The notes beneath the pieces were generated by a model. The model saw only the letters and a program-made list of their open reading frames with translations, was not told the origin of the DNA and did no database searches. The translations under genes were made by a program, and so were the position numbers. This document shows positions 1-9,924 of a stretch of 64,000 bases of DNA, in pieces. The first letter of the stretch is position 1; the number at the start of each line of letters is the position of its first letter. Source of the DNA: a virus (lineage: Duplodnaviria > Caudoviricetes); IMG/VR virus record IMGVR_UViG_3300013414_000053, positions 25,685 through 89,684 of that record. The stretch is one strand, 5' to 3'.

Positions 1-44
1 CGTTTGGGAACCATAGCTCCCTCTGATAACAGAACTACTTTCAT
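1..44 (-). CDS. 5' fragment of a gene running off the window; possibly dUTPase
   Basis: ATG at 44 gives MKVVLLSEGAMVPK(R), resembling dUTPase N-termini; only 14 full codons visible. Confidence 0.35.
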   Translation of the reverse strand, partial: MKVVLLSEGAMVPK

Positions 45-64
45 TTTTTATATTTGTTATGAGA

Positions 65-418
65 TTATTTTCCTTGGGATTTCTGGAGAGCAAGATATTC
101 ACTCTCCAACATTACAGAATTTTTGAGCATCTTCCGCGTAGTGTAAATCTTTCGATCATCTCCTACAGCTTCATCAAACTCAAATAAAGTCAGTTTACCC
201 ACATCATCAGGCTCAATCTGAAAATCCGGGGGAACCACTCTCCAGTATCTTTTATTGACTGAGATAATGCTCCCATAGGCTGCTTTGATTAAGGACTGAC
301 GGATTGTGTTAGTCAAAGTGGCGGCCTCGCTTATGGATTTGAATATCGCCACCAGAATGTATGACGAATCAAATGCCACGATTGTGGTCGGCTTATTGTT
401 CACTTCCTGCTGCGTCAT
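65..418 (-). CDS. NUMOD1-like helix-turn-helix protein
   Basis: IFKSISEAATLTNTIRQSLIKAAYG...KRYWR resembles the NUMOD1 F.Si.eAa...i...c.G....g..W pattern. Confidence 0.5.
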   Translation of the reverse strand: MTQQEVNNKPTTIVAFDSSYILVAIFKSISEAATLTNTIRQSLIKAAYGSIISVNKRYWRVVPPDFQIEPDDVGKLTLFEFDEAVGDDRKIYTTRKMLKNSVMLESEYLALQKSQGK

Positions 419-866
419 TCTCTCTATCTTTGATTATATCGCTTAGCACGTCTGACGGCAATCTCTCAGCTGCCATACTAAATATGAAGCCGTGACTGTA
501 AGCAACTCCATCAGTTATGGCATCCACCAATATGCTGTTGAAGTACAAAAACATTTCAGGGTTCACATAAGCTATGAAGATAAAAGCTAATTCCGCATCT
601 ACCAGGATATGACCATCGGTGTTTTGATAGAAAAGTTCTGAGGTTTTCTTGTTAGCATTTTTAGTAAGGGTCTCTATAAAATGCTTATTAGCCCTCATAA
701 ACACTCGATGATCAATCGCTGGAAGTTTACTGGCTTCAAGATATGCTGTATAATCAAATACAGCTTTCTTTTCACCTAAGAATCCAAAATGCAGATCAGC
801 TATCTCTGGAAGCAGTGTCTCGTCAGTTGTTACTTTCTCTTTGAGGATAGTTGTCTTGTAATCCAT
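393..866 (-). CDS. Hypothetical protein, divergent KilA-N-like
   Basis: GHILVDAELAFIFIAYVNPEM resembles the KilA-N GTWxHxxLAxxFAxWLSPEF helix. Confidence 0.4.
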   Translation of the reverse strand: MDYKTTILKEKVTTDETLLPEIADLHFGFLGEKKAVFDYTAYLEASKLPAIDHRVFMRANKHFIETLTKNANKKTSELFYQNTDGHILVDAELAFIFIAYVNPEMFLYFNSILVDAITDGVAYSHGFIFSMAAERLPSDVLSDIIKDRENDAAGSEQ

Positions 867-871
867 AGCGT

Positions 872-1291
872 TTACTCAAACACATCCATAACTTTGGTTT
901 CTGTGATGCTGGCAACTTCAAAGTCTGTAACCGTACCCTTCATGCCTTTCATAAAGTTGTCGAGAGCACTACGGAAATCGTATGCCTGAACCATATAGTA
1001 GGCCGGGGCCAACTTTTCAGTGTTGGTCTTTTCATCAATGTGAATGAAATTGGCTTTAACCTTATACCAGCGATCGCCATTGGGGTCATAAAAGATTTCA
1101 GACACATTGGACTTAGTAACGGCAGCCACTGAGAACTCTCCTGAAATGTAAGGTGTCACTTCCTTAGTGACACGAGCTTCAGCTTCTGTAAAAGAATCGG
1201 CCTTCACGAGATATGGCTCAACAACGTCTTTGATTTTGCCATTCTCTAATTGTTTCTTGAATCGAACTTTCGCTTCAATGTAAGCTAACAT
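872..1291 (-). CDS. DUF4494 family protein
   Basis: EPYLVKADSFTEAEARV...DRWYKVK...SITETKVMDVF is typical of this Bacteroidota phage family. Confidence 0.8.
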   Translation of the reverse strand: MLAYIEAKVRFKKQLENGKIKDVVEPYLVKADSFTEAEARVTKEVTPYISGEFSVAAVTKSNVSEIFYDPNGDRWYKVKANFIHIDEKTNTEKLAPAYYMVQAYDFRSALDNFMKGMKGTVTDFEVASITETKVMDVFE

Positions 1292-1324
1292 ATAAATGGG
1301 ATTTGAATAATGAACTGCGGATAA

Positions 1325-1525
1325 TCATTTGATCTCATCGAGATTTATGTAGAAAGCATTGTCAGGAACTTTCTCCGGACCAATGGCCCTGGGGAATTTG
1401 TATAGTTCCCAACTATAACTGGTATATCGCTTGAAATAATAAGTATCATAACTGACACCAATCTTCAGGCAGATATTACAGCTTTCAGTCGGTGGGTTAT
1501 TCTTCAGGTTTTTCCAATTTGTCAT
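1325..1525 (-). CDS. Small hypothetical protein (MTNWKNLKNNPP...)
   Basis: ORF with likely ATG at 1525; W..l...pP N-terminus is common in small phage proteins. Confidence 0.45.
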   Translation of the reverse strand: MTNWKNLKNNPPTESCNICLKIGVSYDTYYFKRYTSYSWELYKFPRAIGPEKVPDNAFYINLDEIK

Positions 1526-1725
1526 TTGACTGTAGTATTTGTGAGTTGTTTCGATGTACTCCTTTTTATAATAGTATTGGGTGTATAGCAAGATTAAGCA
1601 AAGTGAAACATCGCTACCTATATTGTGCTGAATATCAACAATAAAAAAGTTGAAAATTTTTTATTTCACCTGTGTACTGACCGAATTTGTGGTGTTCAGG
1701 GTTTTCCCAACCCACTGTACAGTAA

Positions 1726-1733
1726 GACTATTA
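1726..1733 (+). promoter_or_regulatory. NACTATTA candidate late promoter element (portal)
   Basis: GACTATTA 17 nt before ATG 1751. Confidence 0.55.
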
Positions 1734-1750
1734 CCAATAAAATCAAGATT

Positions 1751-3085
1751 ATGCGTAAACGCACAGAACATAATTCAAATGGTAATTTCTTTACTGATGA
1801 GGCCCTGATTGCCAGTTATAACCTTGTCAAAAAGACCATTACCGATTATACCGATGAACTGACACGTCGGTGTCGTTACAAAAGTGTTGTCAGTCAAGTT
1901 GAGAACGGCACCATTATGGATGACCGTTCCAGACTCATAGACCTATATGAAGCCTGCTACATTCAGAATGCACATCTTCAGGGCACCATTGCAACTCTGT
2001 TTTCTCAGCTCGTAGGCAAACGATATATGTTTGCTCGTGAAGATAAAGACGGGAAATGGATAAGAGACCCCAAACAGTCAAAAATATGCCAGGGATCTCA
2101 GTTTGAAAAGATTATCAAAGGCATCATTGAAGCCGAATTATATGGCTATACCTTGCTGGAGATAATGCCTGAAATAGACCCTGAAACTGGATTGCTGAAA
2201 GAGGTCAACAGCATTGAACGCCGATGTGTCCTTCCTGATCAGCGTCGTGTGGTTCAGCGTTGGTGTCAGTGGAGTCCGGGATGGGATTTAGATTCAGAAC
2301 AGTATCGCCACAACTACATTCTGGTCAACACTGGTGGTTTTGGCATCTTTGCCGCCACCACTCCTAACATCCTTGCTCAGAAATATACCGTAAGTAACTG
2401 GGTAAACTTCAGCCATACCTATGGGCAACCGATTATTCACGGAAAAACCGAAGCTGAAGATAATGATTCAAGGCAAAGGTTAGCAAGAAAAATTGGTTCT
2501 GCTGCTCAAAACAAAGTCTTAGTGACTGGGAAGGGGGATGAGATTGATATTAAGGCATTTGCCGCCTCTAACTCTGAAAAGATATATGAGTCTTTGGCAA
2601 ACTTTGTCAACAAGGAAAATGACAGTCTTATTCTTGGTTCAGAATCAATGGCTGGTGCAACTCAGGCTTATGTCGGTTCTACCAAAGCTCACGAAAATAT
2701 TTATCGTGCCCGTATCAATTCATATCGTACACGCATTGAAAATGTGATGAACGAGCAGGTTGTACCGGTACTCAGATATTGGGGTATCATCGAAGCAGAT
2801 GTGTACTTCAAATATATGAATAAAGTGGAAATGTCAGATGAGAATAAGATTAAACTCTATGATATGCTCACTGACAAGTATGAGATTGAGCCAGAAGAAA
2901 TCAACAAAGAATGGGGTGTTGAAGTTGGCAAGCAACGCAACTTTGAAGCTGGTAACGGAGGCGGTGGCCTTGGTGACTGGGAAGGTGATGAAGATGGCGA
3001 TGGTCATCGAATGAGTGATGAGGAGTATTACAAACGCTATGGTCATCACAGGAATAAAGTAAATTTTCTATCAGGGGTGCGTTAA
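1751..3085 (+). CDS. Portal protein (DUF935 / Mu gp29-like)
   Basis: FSHTYGQPIIHGKT, SLILGSESMAG, VGSTKAHENI; position before gpF; ATG 1751 preferred over the upstream GTG. Confidence 0.85.
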   Translation: MRKRTEHNSNGNFFTDEALIASYNLVKKTITDYTDELTRRCRYKSVVSQVENGTIMDDRSRLIDLYEACYIQNAHLQGTIATLFSQLVGKRYMFAREDKDGKWIRDPKQSKICQGSQFEKIIKGIIEAELYGYTLLEIMPEIDPETGLLKEVNSIERRCVLPDQRRVVQRWCQWSPGWDLDSEQYRHNYILVNTGGFGIFAATTPNILAQKYTVSNWVNFSHTYGQPIIHGKTEAEDNDSRQRLARKIGSAAQNKVLVTGKGDEIDIKAFAASNSEKIYESLANFVNKENDSLILGSESMAGATQAYVGSTKAHENIYRARINSYRTRIENVMNEQVVPVLRYWGIIEADVYFKYMNKVEMSDENKIKLYDMLTDKYEIEPEEINKEWGVEVGKQRNFEAGNGGGGLGDWEGDEDGDGHRMSDEEYYKRYGHHRNKVNFLSGVR

Positions 3086-3129
3086 AAGGCGGGCGCACCT
3101 CTGAATTGGTCAAACAGACTAAAGCTGCC

Positions 3130-3984
3130 ATGACCGAAGAACAACAAGCAGAGCATGACAGCGATTATCAGTCTTTGTTAGCCTTATATACTCAGCTACT
3201 TAAATCCTTACATAACGATGATAAGGAAGAGGCTCTATATGCTCTTGCAGAACTGAGAACAGAGATTGCTTTTAAGCACGTTGTCAAAGGGTTAGGGATT
3301 GATATTGATGAGGCTCTTCAATTATTGAAGAACTCAAATGATGAAAACCTCACCCAGCATGATAAAGACCTTATAGCCCGTCTTACAGCCGGCATCTTAA
3401 ATCTCATTGACTTTTCAGTATGTGAAGAGTATCAGTTGTATGATGAGGTGCTGGAGGTTGTGGGAGACACTGAGATTGACTTCAACTCTGATGATTATGA
3501 TGACTTGGTTGCATTGTGTAAAAAATACAATGACCAATATTCTGCCATAGAAAACTCCGACATTGAATATGCTGGTGTGATGGCTGCCTTGTGGCTAAAG
3601 ATGTCAGCAACTGATTATGCTGTCTATTGGACTCAAAATGATGCAAAGGTTAGACCCTGGCACATGGCGTTACAAGGATATGCTGCACCCAGAGATGAAT
3701 TTCCATCGTGGATGATTCCACCTATTGAATACAACTGTCGTTGTTTCTTGGAGATTTTGGAGGTTCCACACGCTAATGCAAAGTTGAGCCAAATCAAGGG
3801 GTCTGCCAAAGACCTTACCAAACCTCAGCAGCTAAATACTGTTTACAGTGAGTCTTTGGCAAAATGTGGTAGAATTTTTGGACCATCCCATAGTTATTTT
3901 TCAATTAAAGAAGCTGATTCTTCGATGCTTATGGGCTTTGTTTCCAGATTAAGAGAAAAGTATTATGTCTCGGCAGAAATTTGA
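3130..3984 (+). CDS. Head morphogenesis protein (Mu gpF / SPP1 gp7-like)
   Basis: YWTQNDAKVRPWH...PPIEYNCRCFL motif. Confidence 0.88.
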   Translation: MTEEQQAEHDSDYQSLLALYTQLLKSLHNDDKEEALYALAELRTEIAFKHVVKGLGIDIDEALQLLKNSNDENLTQHDKDLIARLTAGILNLIDFSVCEEYQLYDEVLEVVGDTEIDFNSDDYDDLVALCKKYNDQYSAIENSDIEYAGVMAALWLKMSATDYAVYWTQNDAKVRPWHMALQGYAAPRDEFPSWMIPPIEYNCRCFLEILEVPHANAKLSQIKGSAKDLTKPQQLNTVYSESLAKCGRIFGPSHSYFSIKEADSSMLMGFVSRLREKYYVSAEI

Positions 3985-4888
3985 TCCCAGTAAAGTCAAA
4001 ACCCAATTTGGCAAGCATTTCTACGAGGGGCAACGATTAGGTTCTCATCGGGAGAGATTGTATCAGCAATGGCTTCGTAATCAAGGTGGTGGTAGCGTTA
4101 AAGGACGTGCCACCTTCCCGAAGCAATATAGCAAATACTTCAGCTCTGGTACAAAATTCACCACTCGACAAGGCCATATTGCTCCTTGGGCCAAACCTAT
4201 GACTTTGAAAGGAGGCTCAAATCCCAACTATAACTGGGGAAGAGTAAGCTATATCAATTCAAAAGGTTTGGTCAGTAAGTCCTCATCCAGTGGTCGTTGG
4301 GGTGCTGATACCAATCAGGGGAAAAGAGGCGCCGGTGGTTCAGCTACAATTCTTAATGGAACAAAGCAATGGATAGGACAAATTCAAATCAGTCAGTATG
4401 CTCTTCGTGTGCAGGCAGAAAACTTTAGGGTTGTAGTCGGTCGAAGAGCAATGAAAGTGTTTCAAAATTCTTTCAAATATCAGCAATTCTATAGTAATCG
4501 CTCTCGAAGATGGACTCCGCTTTCCCCCTATACTCTAAAGAAACGTGCGAAAAGAGGTACTGGCAGTCGAATCCTCAAAGAATATGGGGATTTGTATAAC
4601 TCAATCAAACTGGATGAAAGTGCTGGAATGGGACGTACCAGGGTTTACACTGATATTGTGCCGGCCAATGCTGGTCATCATAAAAAGCACAGCATCTGTT
4701 ACGCTGGTTATCACAATGAGGGTAAAGGAACCTATGGTAGTGCATGGAATGGGCATAAACCCAAACCATATATAAAACGACAATTTATGGGCCACTCCAG
4801 TTACTTAAATCCATTTACCGATAGCTTTATGCGCAAAATGATGAAGCTATACCTCTTTGACAGTGTGTTCCTTATAAAGAAAACCTAA
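3965..4888 (+). CDS. Virion morphogenesis protein (Mu gpG-like) with long basic N-terminal extension
   Basis: WTPLSPYTLKKR...RILKEYGDLYNSI...YAGYHNEG...KRQFMG. Confidence 0.75.
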   Translation: MSRQKFDPSKVKTQFGKHFYEGQRLGSHRERLYQQWLRNQGGGSVKGRATFPKQYSKYFSSGTKFTTRQGHIAPWAKPMTLKGGSNPNYNWGRVSYINSKGLVSKSSSSGRWGADTNQGKRGAGGSATILNGTKQWIGQIQISQYALRVQAENFRVVVGRRAMKVFQNSFKYQQFYSNRSRRWTPLSPYTLKKRAKRGTGSRILKEYGDLYNSIKLDESAGMGRTRVYTDIVPANAGHHKKHSICYAGYHNEGKGTYGSAWNGHKPKPYIKRQFMGHSSYLNPFTDSFMRKMMKLYLFDSVFLIKKT

Positions 4889-4912
4889 GCTATTATCAAT
4901 AAAGATTGAACA

Positions 4913-5653
4913 ATGCTTGTAGATAAGAAAAACAATAAAGTCATAAGTGGCAATAAAACCAGTGCCATAGCACCAAAAGACCCACCTAAAGAGAAGCCTA
5001 TTAAGCCTCTTCAGGTGGAGTCTAATGGGCCTATGGATGTACTGAAAGCGATGAAAGAGATTCTTCGCTCCGTCACTTGGGAATATGGGGTTGAAAATAG
5101 CCCTAAGATATTCAAAACTGTTCAAATTGATGATGGTCAATATGAGCGCATTATTTCTCCCAGTGGCAATAAGGAAGAAACTTTGGGTTTTCCAGCAGCC
5201 TTTGTTCACTTTATAAACTGGAGGTATTTGGTGCAGCAATCCAGAATTAATGAGGGTCGAGCAGAACTGAGAATAAGATTTATCCTCAATAGTCTTAACG
5301 TACATGAGGACGGTCACGATATGGGAGTGTATTATGTCGCAGAGCGTATCCATCAGACAATTCAAGAAAGTATCAGTAAATATGAGTGTCTGCAAGAACG
5401 CTGTCAACTGGAATATATCGACCCAATGGAAAGTTTTGATCACGGACTCCAACCTTGCTGGATGACTTATGAAGTATGGTTCAGGCAAAGGAATATTTGG
5501 GCCACACGCAATAAAATCTATAAGAAATTTGTGTGTCCTCCATTTACAAATCATGCCGACCAAGACCCCACAGTCGAAGGCGTTAATCCAGATGAACATA
5601 CCAATTTGGAACACCCTAAGACTTATGATGAGGCCACAGAGTACATTCCATAG
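4913..5653 (+). CDS. Putative tail completion/neck protein
   Basis: Position in head-tail cluster; FPAAFVHF motif as in tail terminator-type proteins. Confidence 0.5.
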   Translation: MLVDKKNNKVISGNKTSAIAPKDPPKEKPIKPLQVESNGPMDVLKAMKEILRSVTWEYGVENSPKIFKTVQIDDGQYERIISPSGNKEETLGFPAAFVHFINWRYLVQQSRINEGRAELRIRFILNSLNVHEDGHDMGVYYVAERIHQTIQESISKYECLQERCQLEYIDPMESFDHGLQPCWMTYEVWFRQRNIWATRNKIYKKFVCPPFTNHADQDPTVEGVNPDEHTNLEHPKTYDEATEYIP

Positions 5654-5689
5654 CCATTTTGAATGTAATATATTGTATTACCGATATTT

Positions 5690-5717
5690 AGCCCCTGTTT
5701 ATCGCAGGGGCTTTTTT
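5690..5717 (+). terminator. Intrinsic terminator
   Basis: agcccctg-tttatcg-caggggct followed by T tract. Confidence 0.8.
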
Positions 5718-5723
5718 GTTGCT

Positions 5724-5731
5724 CACTATTA
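5724..5731 (+). promoter_or_regulatory. NACTATTA candidate late promoter element (protease)
   Basis: CACTATTA just after terminator, 19 nt before ATG 5751. Confidence 0.55.
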
Positions 5732-5750
5732 CTAAGAAAATTAAGCAACA

Positions 5751-6998
5751 ATGGCAAAAAGTAAAGAATTTAAGTTTATCAAAGGTGCTTATTGTACCGG
5801 TTCTCCTGCCGATATTTGCTACTACACCGATGTTGATTACTGGAGTGTACAAGACTTTATCTGGGAATTTGATTACCTCGTCAATTATATCAATCCCAGC
5901 AAAATCCGCATCCATATTAATTCAGTCGGGGGCAGTGTCATCGAAGGGATGAGCGTATTCGCCAAAATTATGGATTGTAAGATCCCCACTGAATGTATCA
6001 ACGACGCTTTGGCTGCTTCTATGGGCTCAATCATTTGGGCTGCCGGCGATGAGCTCTTTATGAAAGATTATGCTCTTCTGATGATACACAATCCTTTTTG
6101 CGATTGCAATGGGGATAAGCAATACAATCAGGCAACTGAAGCCCTCACTCAGCAACTTAAAACTATCTATGTCAAGCGTTTCGGCCTCTCAGAAGATGAA
6201 GTTGAAAACATTATGAATGGCAAAGAGGGTGAAGATGGAACATTCCTTACAGCAACCCAGGCTCTTGAAAAGGGATTTGTGGACGCAGAACACATCATTG
6301 AAACACCAAAAGCCATCAAAGATAAAATTCAAGCTGCCCTGAAAGACACCAAAGATGTGGCTCAAATCAGGGCCATTTACGGATTGATGGCACCTACGCT
6401 TCCCTCCACGACTATTAACGAACAGAATATCACATCAAATTCAAACACAATGGATAAAAGCGAAATCACAGTTTTTGCCGCTCTTTTCGGACTGACTGGA
6501 GAGAAGGCTACCGCCGACAACATCACGGCGAAGATTAATGAGCTTAAAGCCAAAGCTGACAAGGCAGAGGCAAACCAGAAAGCTCTTGATGAAGCAAAGG
6601 CAGAGCTTACCACTGTCAAAGCGGAACTCACCGGCGCAAAGACTTCAATCAGCAACCTTACCGCCGATCTCACCAAGGCCAAGGATGCACTGAAGGTCTA
6701 TCAGGATGCAGAGGCGAAGGCTAAGGAGGACAAGATAAATGCTCTTGTTGACAAGGCCATCAAGGACTGCAAAATCAGCAAGGATGATCGTGAGGCTTAC
6801 GTCAAGATGGCCCAGAACGATTTTGAGCTTGCTGAACGCATCCTCGCCACCATCCCCGCTCGTGACAACATCGGCGCAGCTATTTCTGAGGCCAACCAGG
6901 ACACCGCCAAAGACGGTATCCAGACCGAAGAGCAGAAAGTTCAGGCCAAGGTCGAAGATGTCGTGGGAAAAGACTTCAAGTTCAAATCCCTCGACTAA
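5751..6998 (+). CDS. ClpP-type prohead protease fused to scaffold protein
   Basis: IRIHINSVGGSV, ALAASMGSII, LMIHNP motifs; Ala/Lys-rich coiled-coil C-terminal half. Confidence 0.9.
   Translation: MAKSKEFKFIKGAYCTGSPADICYYTDVDYWSVQDFIWEFDYLVNYINPSKIRIHINSVGGSVIEGMSVFAKIMDCKIPTECINDALAASMGSIIWAAGDELFMKDYALLMIHNPFCDCNGDKQYNQATEALTQQLKTIYVKRFGLSEDEVENIMNGKEGEDGTFLTATQALEKGFVDAEHIIETPKAIKDKIQAALKDTKDVAQIRAIYGLMAPTLPSTTINEQNITSNSNTMDKSEITVFAALFGLTGEKATADNITAKINELKAKADKAEANQKALDEAKAELTTVKAELTGAKTSISNLTADLTKAKDALKVYQDAEAKAKEDKINALVDKAIKDCKISKDDREAYVKMAQNDFELAERILATIPARDNIGAAISEANQDTAKDGIQTEEQKVQAKVEDVVGKDFKFKSLD
6410..6417 (+). promoter_or_regulatory. Internal NACTATTA element (nested scaffold gene)
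   Basis: GACTATTA inside the protease CDS, 32 nt before in-frame ATG 6450. Confidence 0.5.
6450..6998 (+). CDS. Nested in-frame scaffold protein (MDKSEITV...)
   Basis: In-frame ATG preceded by the A-rich tcaaacacaATG context seen at other late starts and by GACTATTA. Confidence 0.55.
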   Translation: MDKSEITVFAALFGLTGEKATADNITAKINELKAKADKAEANQKALDEAKAELTTVKAELTGAKTSISNLTADLTKAKDALKVYQDAEAKAKEDKINALVDKAIKDCKISKDDREAYVKMAQNDFELAERILATIPARDNIGAAISEANQDTAKDGIQTEEQKVQAKVEDVVGKDFKFKSLD

Positions 6999-7041
6999 TC
7001 GCCAGCAAATCAATCAATAAATAATTTAATTCACAACAACA

Positions 7042-8097
7042 ATGGCAGCATTTACTTTTAACGCGGGTCAGAGTAACTATACTGGTGAAGTCCTTGGTGA
7101 TCTTCTGACCCTTACCGCCCAGGAGAATGAGACCTACAAGGAGGGTCTTATTCACATCAAGTCGGGCATCCAGAAGAAATATGCTCTTCCCAGTGTACGT
7201 CTTGGAAAAATCATTCAGGACCACAAGGCTACTCCTAATTCAAGCGTGGGCGAATATCAGTTTGCAGAGCGCTATCTGGAGCCGGAAGATTTTATGATCT
7301 ATCTGGAGTTCAACCCCCGCGACTTCGAGCAGTATTATCGTCCGTTCCAGCCGAAGGGCAATCTCGTATTCCGCGAACTCGACCCCAAGGTTCAGGCAAC
7401 AATGATCCGTCTGCTTATGGAGTCAGAGCAGGAATACATCAACCAGGCTATCTGGTGCTCCGCAACTGCAACAGAACGTGCCAAGATCGCAAGCAGCGAT
7501 GGCTCAGTTGCCGCTGGTGCAACAGAAATTGGTGGCGATGCAGAGGCCGGCCCCATGAAGTATTTTAACGGTGCTATCGCCCGTATGCTTATGAACGCCG
7601 CCGCAGCTGCTACCTCCGAAGATGCAAAATGTGGTCAGGTCAATATCGCCGGCACCGGCACATTTGCCGATGGTGAGGCTGTCGAGAAAGAGCTTTACGC
7701 GATGTGGGAAGCAACCGCTCCCAAGATCCGCAAGAAAGCTGGTCTTGTCATCCTTATGGACTACAAGTCTTGGGATGCTTACAACAAGTACCTCTCGGCC
7801 AAGACCATGAAGTACAGCGACAACCGCAAGGAGAACGAGCATCGTTTCCAGGGCAAGCGCATCATTCCTATGGTTGCTCTTCCCAACGATACCATCTTCA
7901 TGGGCGTGTTCACTACTGGCGTTGACTCAAATCTCTGGATGGGTGTTGACTACGCCAACGATGAGGACGTACTTCAGATCGACAAGCTCCAGAACAACTC
8001 TGAGCTTTACTTCTTCAAGGTGCTTCTCAAAATGGACGTCAACATTGTCCGTCCTTCGGAGATCACGGCTCACATTCCGTTCAAGTACACCGCGTAA
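7042..8097 (+). CDS. Major capsid protein
   Basis: 351 aa, immediately after protease-scaffold and followed by a terminator. Confidence 0.8.
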   Translation: MAAFTFNAGQSNYTGEVLGDLLTLTAQENETYKEGLIHIKSGIQKKYALPSVRLGKIIQDHKATPNSSVGEYQFAERYLEPEDFMIYLEFNPRDFEQYYRPFQPKGNLVFRELDPKVQATMIRLLMESEQEYINQAIWCSATATERAKIASSDGSVAAGATEIGGDAEAGPMKYFNGAIARMLMNAAAAATSEDAKCGQVNIAGTGTFADGEAVEKELYAMWEATAPKIRKKAGLVILMDYKSWDAYNKYLSAKTMKYSDNRKENEHRFQGKRIIPMVALPNDTIFMGVFTTGVDSNLWMGVDYANDEDVLQIDKLQNNSELYFFKVLLKMDVNIVRPSEITAHIPFKYTA

Positions 8098-8113
8098 CCA
8101 ACATCAACAACTT

Positions 8114-8141
8114 AGCAAGGTGGTGTAAAAGCCACCTTGCT
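8114..8141 (+). terminator. Stem-loop after capsid gene
   Basis: agcaaggtgg-tgtaaaag-ccaccttgct. Confidence 0.65.
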
Positions 8142-8157
8142 TAAATCCTTCACAACT

Positions 8158-8514
8158 ATGGGTAGAAGCAAAAAAACCGAAACAGCAAAAGCCGAAGAAG
8201 CAGTTGTGGTTGACGTTCAGGTGAGCGAAGAGGTAACACCCTCAGAACCTACTCCAGAAGCGGAAGCACAGCCGTCAAATGAAATCGAAGAGGTCGAAGA
8301 AGCTCCTAAGATTGCTAAAGAGGTGAAAACCTCAGCAAAGAGCGAGCCGGCCGAAGAGATTTCCCCTCGTGAAGCAGAGCTGATGCGCCTTTATCCCCAG
8401 TATGAGAAAATCTGGATTACTCCCAGAGGATTTGTACATCCCGAAGGAACTCCAGCCTATCTGCTGAAAGGTGCTAAACTTTTCAAAAACAAATTTTTCA
8501 ACAATAAAAAGTAA
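8158..8514 (+). CDS. Hypothetical protein, acidic low-complexity N-terminus
   Basis: ATG 8158; between capsid and sheath. Confidence 0.7.
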   Translation: MGRSKKTETAKAEEAVVVDVQVSEEVTPSEPTPEAEAQPSNEIEEVEEAPKIAKEVKTSAKSEPAEEISPREAELMRLYPQYEKIWITPRGFVHPEGTPAYLLKGAKLFKNKFFNNKK

Positions 8515-8520
8515 TTCACA

Positions 8521-9891
8521 ATGGCTACGAATACAAATTTAGGTGGTGTTTTTACCACTGACATTGACGGCAAGCGCAATAGCAATGTGTTCCTGAGCAC
8601 TGAGAATGTTGTGGGTATCATCTTCGATACAAGTATCGTTGGTGGTCTTGACAAGGCTCTGGGCGAAGATACTCTTGCTGCTCAGACGTTTGCCAAGGGC
8701 AGTGTCGTGGAACTTAACACCACAAAGGATGTAGCTGAAGCCGGTATCGACGATACTGTACTTGCTGGTATTGCAAAATATCATCTTGACAGCTTCTTCA
8801 GTCTGGCCGGTGGCACTCAGCGCATCTTCGTTTCATTTATGAACAGCGATGAGGATCCCGATTTTGAGGCTGTTGAGCAGATGCAGCTCGCATCGGGTGG
8901 TATCATCTATCAGATCGGTGTCTGGACCGGCAAGCCGATTGCCAAGACAAATAAGGATGGTTCCTATTCTGTCGAGGCCGGTAACATCTGTGCAAAGCTC
9001 GAAGCAGTGGCAGAAGTTCTCGGTGGCAAAGTCGGTATCACAAACTATGAGGGCAACGCGCCTCTGAACCTTCTCGTTTCGGCGCCTATTCTCAATGAGC
9101 CTACAATCGACATCAAGAAACTGCCCGATCTGAGCGGTCTCAATATGCCGAAAACTACAGTGCTTATTGGTCAGGCTCCCACCGATACTGTTCACGAGCT
9201 GATGTATGCTGTCAATCACGTTGCTGACACCCCCTCCTACGCTCCTGTAGGTTGTGTAGGTGCCGCTCTGGGTTGTCTTGCAGTTGCACCGGCCAATGAG
9301 AGTATCGCCCACGTCGCCAGCTTCAATCTTGCTGCTGTGATGCAGGATGCAGAGCTTGGTTTTGGTAATCTCGTCGAGGACGCAGAGAACAAGACCTACT
9401 CCGATGAGTCCTCATTCACCAACATCAAGACTCTTGGTTATACCAAGCGCAACACTTTCCTTCACAAGAATGGTTATGTGTTCCTGGTGAACTATGATGG
9501 TCTTGAAAACAGCATCTTCTTCAGCAGCGACCAGACCCTCAGCACCGGCGATTATCGCACACTTGCTCGTTGTCGCGTAATGCACAAGAGCCGTCGTGTA
9601 GTTCGCCGCGCCCTTCTTCCCCGTGTCAACTCTAACGTAGAGGTGGATCTGTCAACCGGACATCTTTCTGCTTCTGCTGTGGCAGAGTTCCAGAATCTCG
9701 TTATCGAGGCTTTGGATAAGAATATGGTCGAACCCGGCACCTCAAAGCCCCAGGTAAGTGGCCGCACCTGTACGATTGACCCCAATCAGAACGTGCTTGA
9801 CACTGATGCCATCGACATCAATTATGCCCTCGTTCCGCTGGGTGTAACTGGAGAGATCAAAGTCACCGAAGGTTTTGCCAACTCCATCTAA
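8521..9891 (+). CDS. Tail sheath protein (DUF2586-like), copy 1
   Basis: IYQIGVWTG, IFFSSDQTLSTGDYRTLARCRVMHKSRR; upstream of tube gene. Confidence 0.85.
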   Translation: MATNTNLGGVFTTDIDGKRNSNVFLSTENVVGIIFDTSIVGGLDKALGEDTLAAQTFAKGSVVELNTTKDVAEAGIDDTVLAGIAKYHLDSFFSLAGGTQRIFVSFMNSDEDPDFEAVEQMQLASGGIIYQIGVWTGKPIAKTNKDGSYSVEAGNICAKLEAVAEVLGGKVGITNYEGNAPLNLLVSAPILNEPTIDIKKLPDLSGLNMPKTTVLIGQAPTDTVHELMYAVNHVADTPSYAPVGCVGAALGCLAVAPANESIAHVASFNLAAVMQDAELGFGNLVEDAENKTYSDESSFTNIKTLGYTKRNTFLHKNGYVFLVNYDGLENSIFFSSDQTLSTGDYRTLARCRVMHKSRRVVRRALLPRVNSNVEVDLSTGHLSASAVAEFQNLVIEALDKNMVEPGTSKPQVSGRTCTIDPNQNVLDTDAIDINYALVPLGVTGEIKVTEGFANSI

Positions 9892-9924
9892 AGCCAATGT
9901 TTAACAAACTAATATAATACAACA

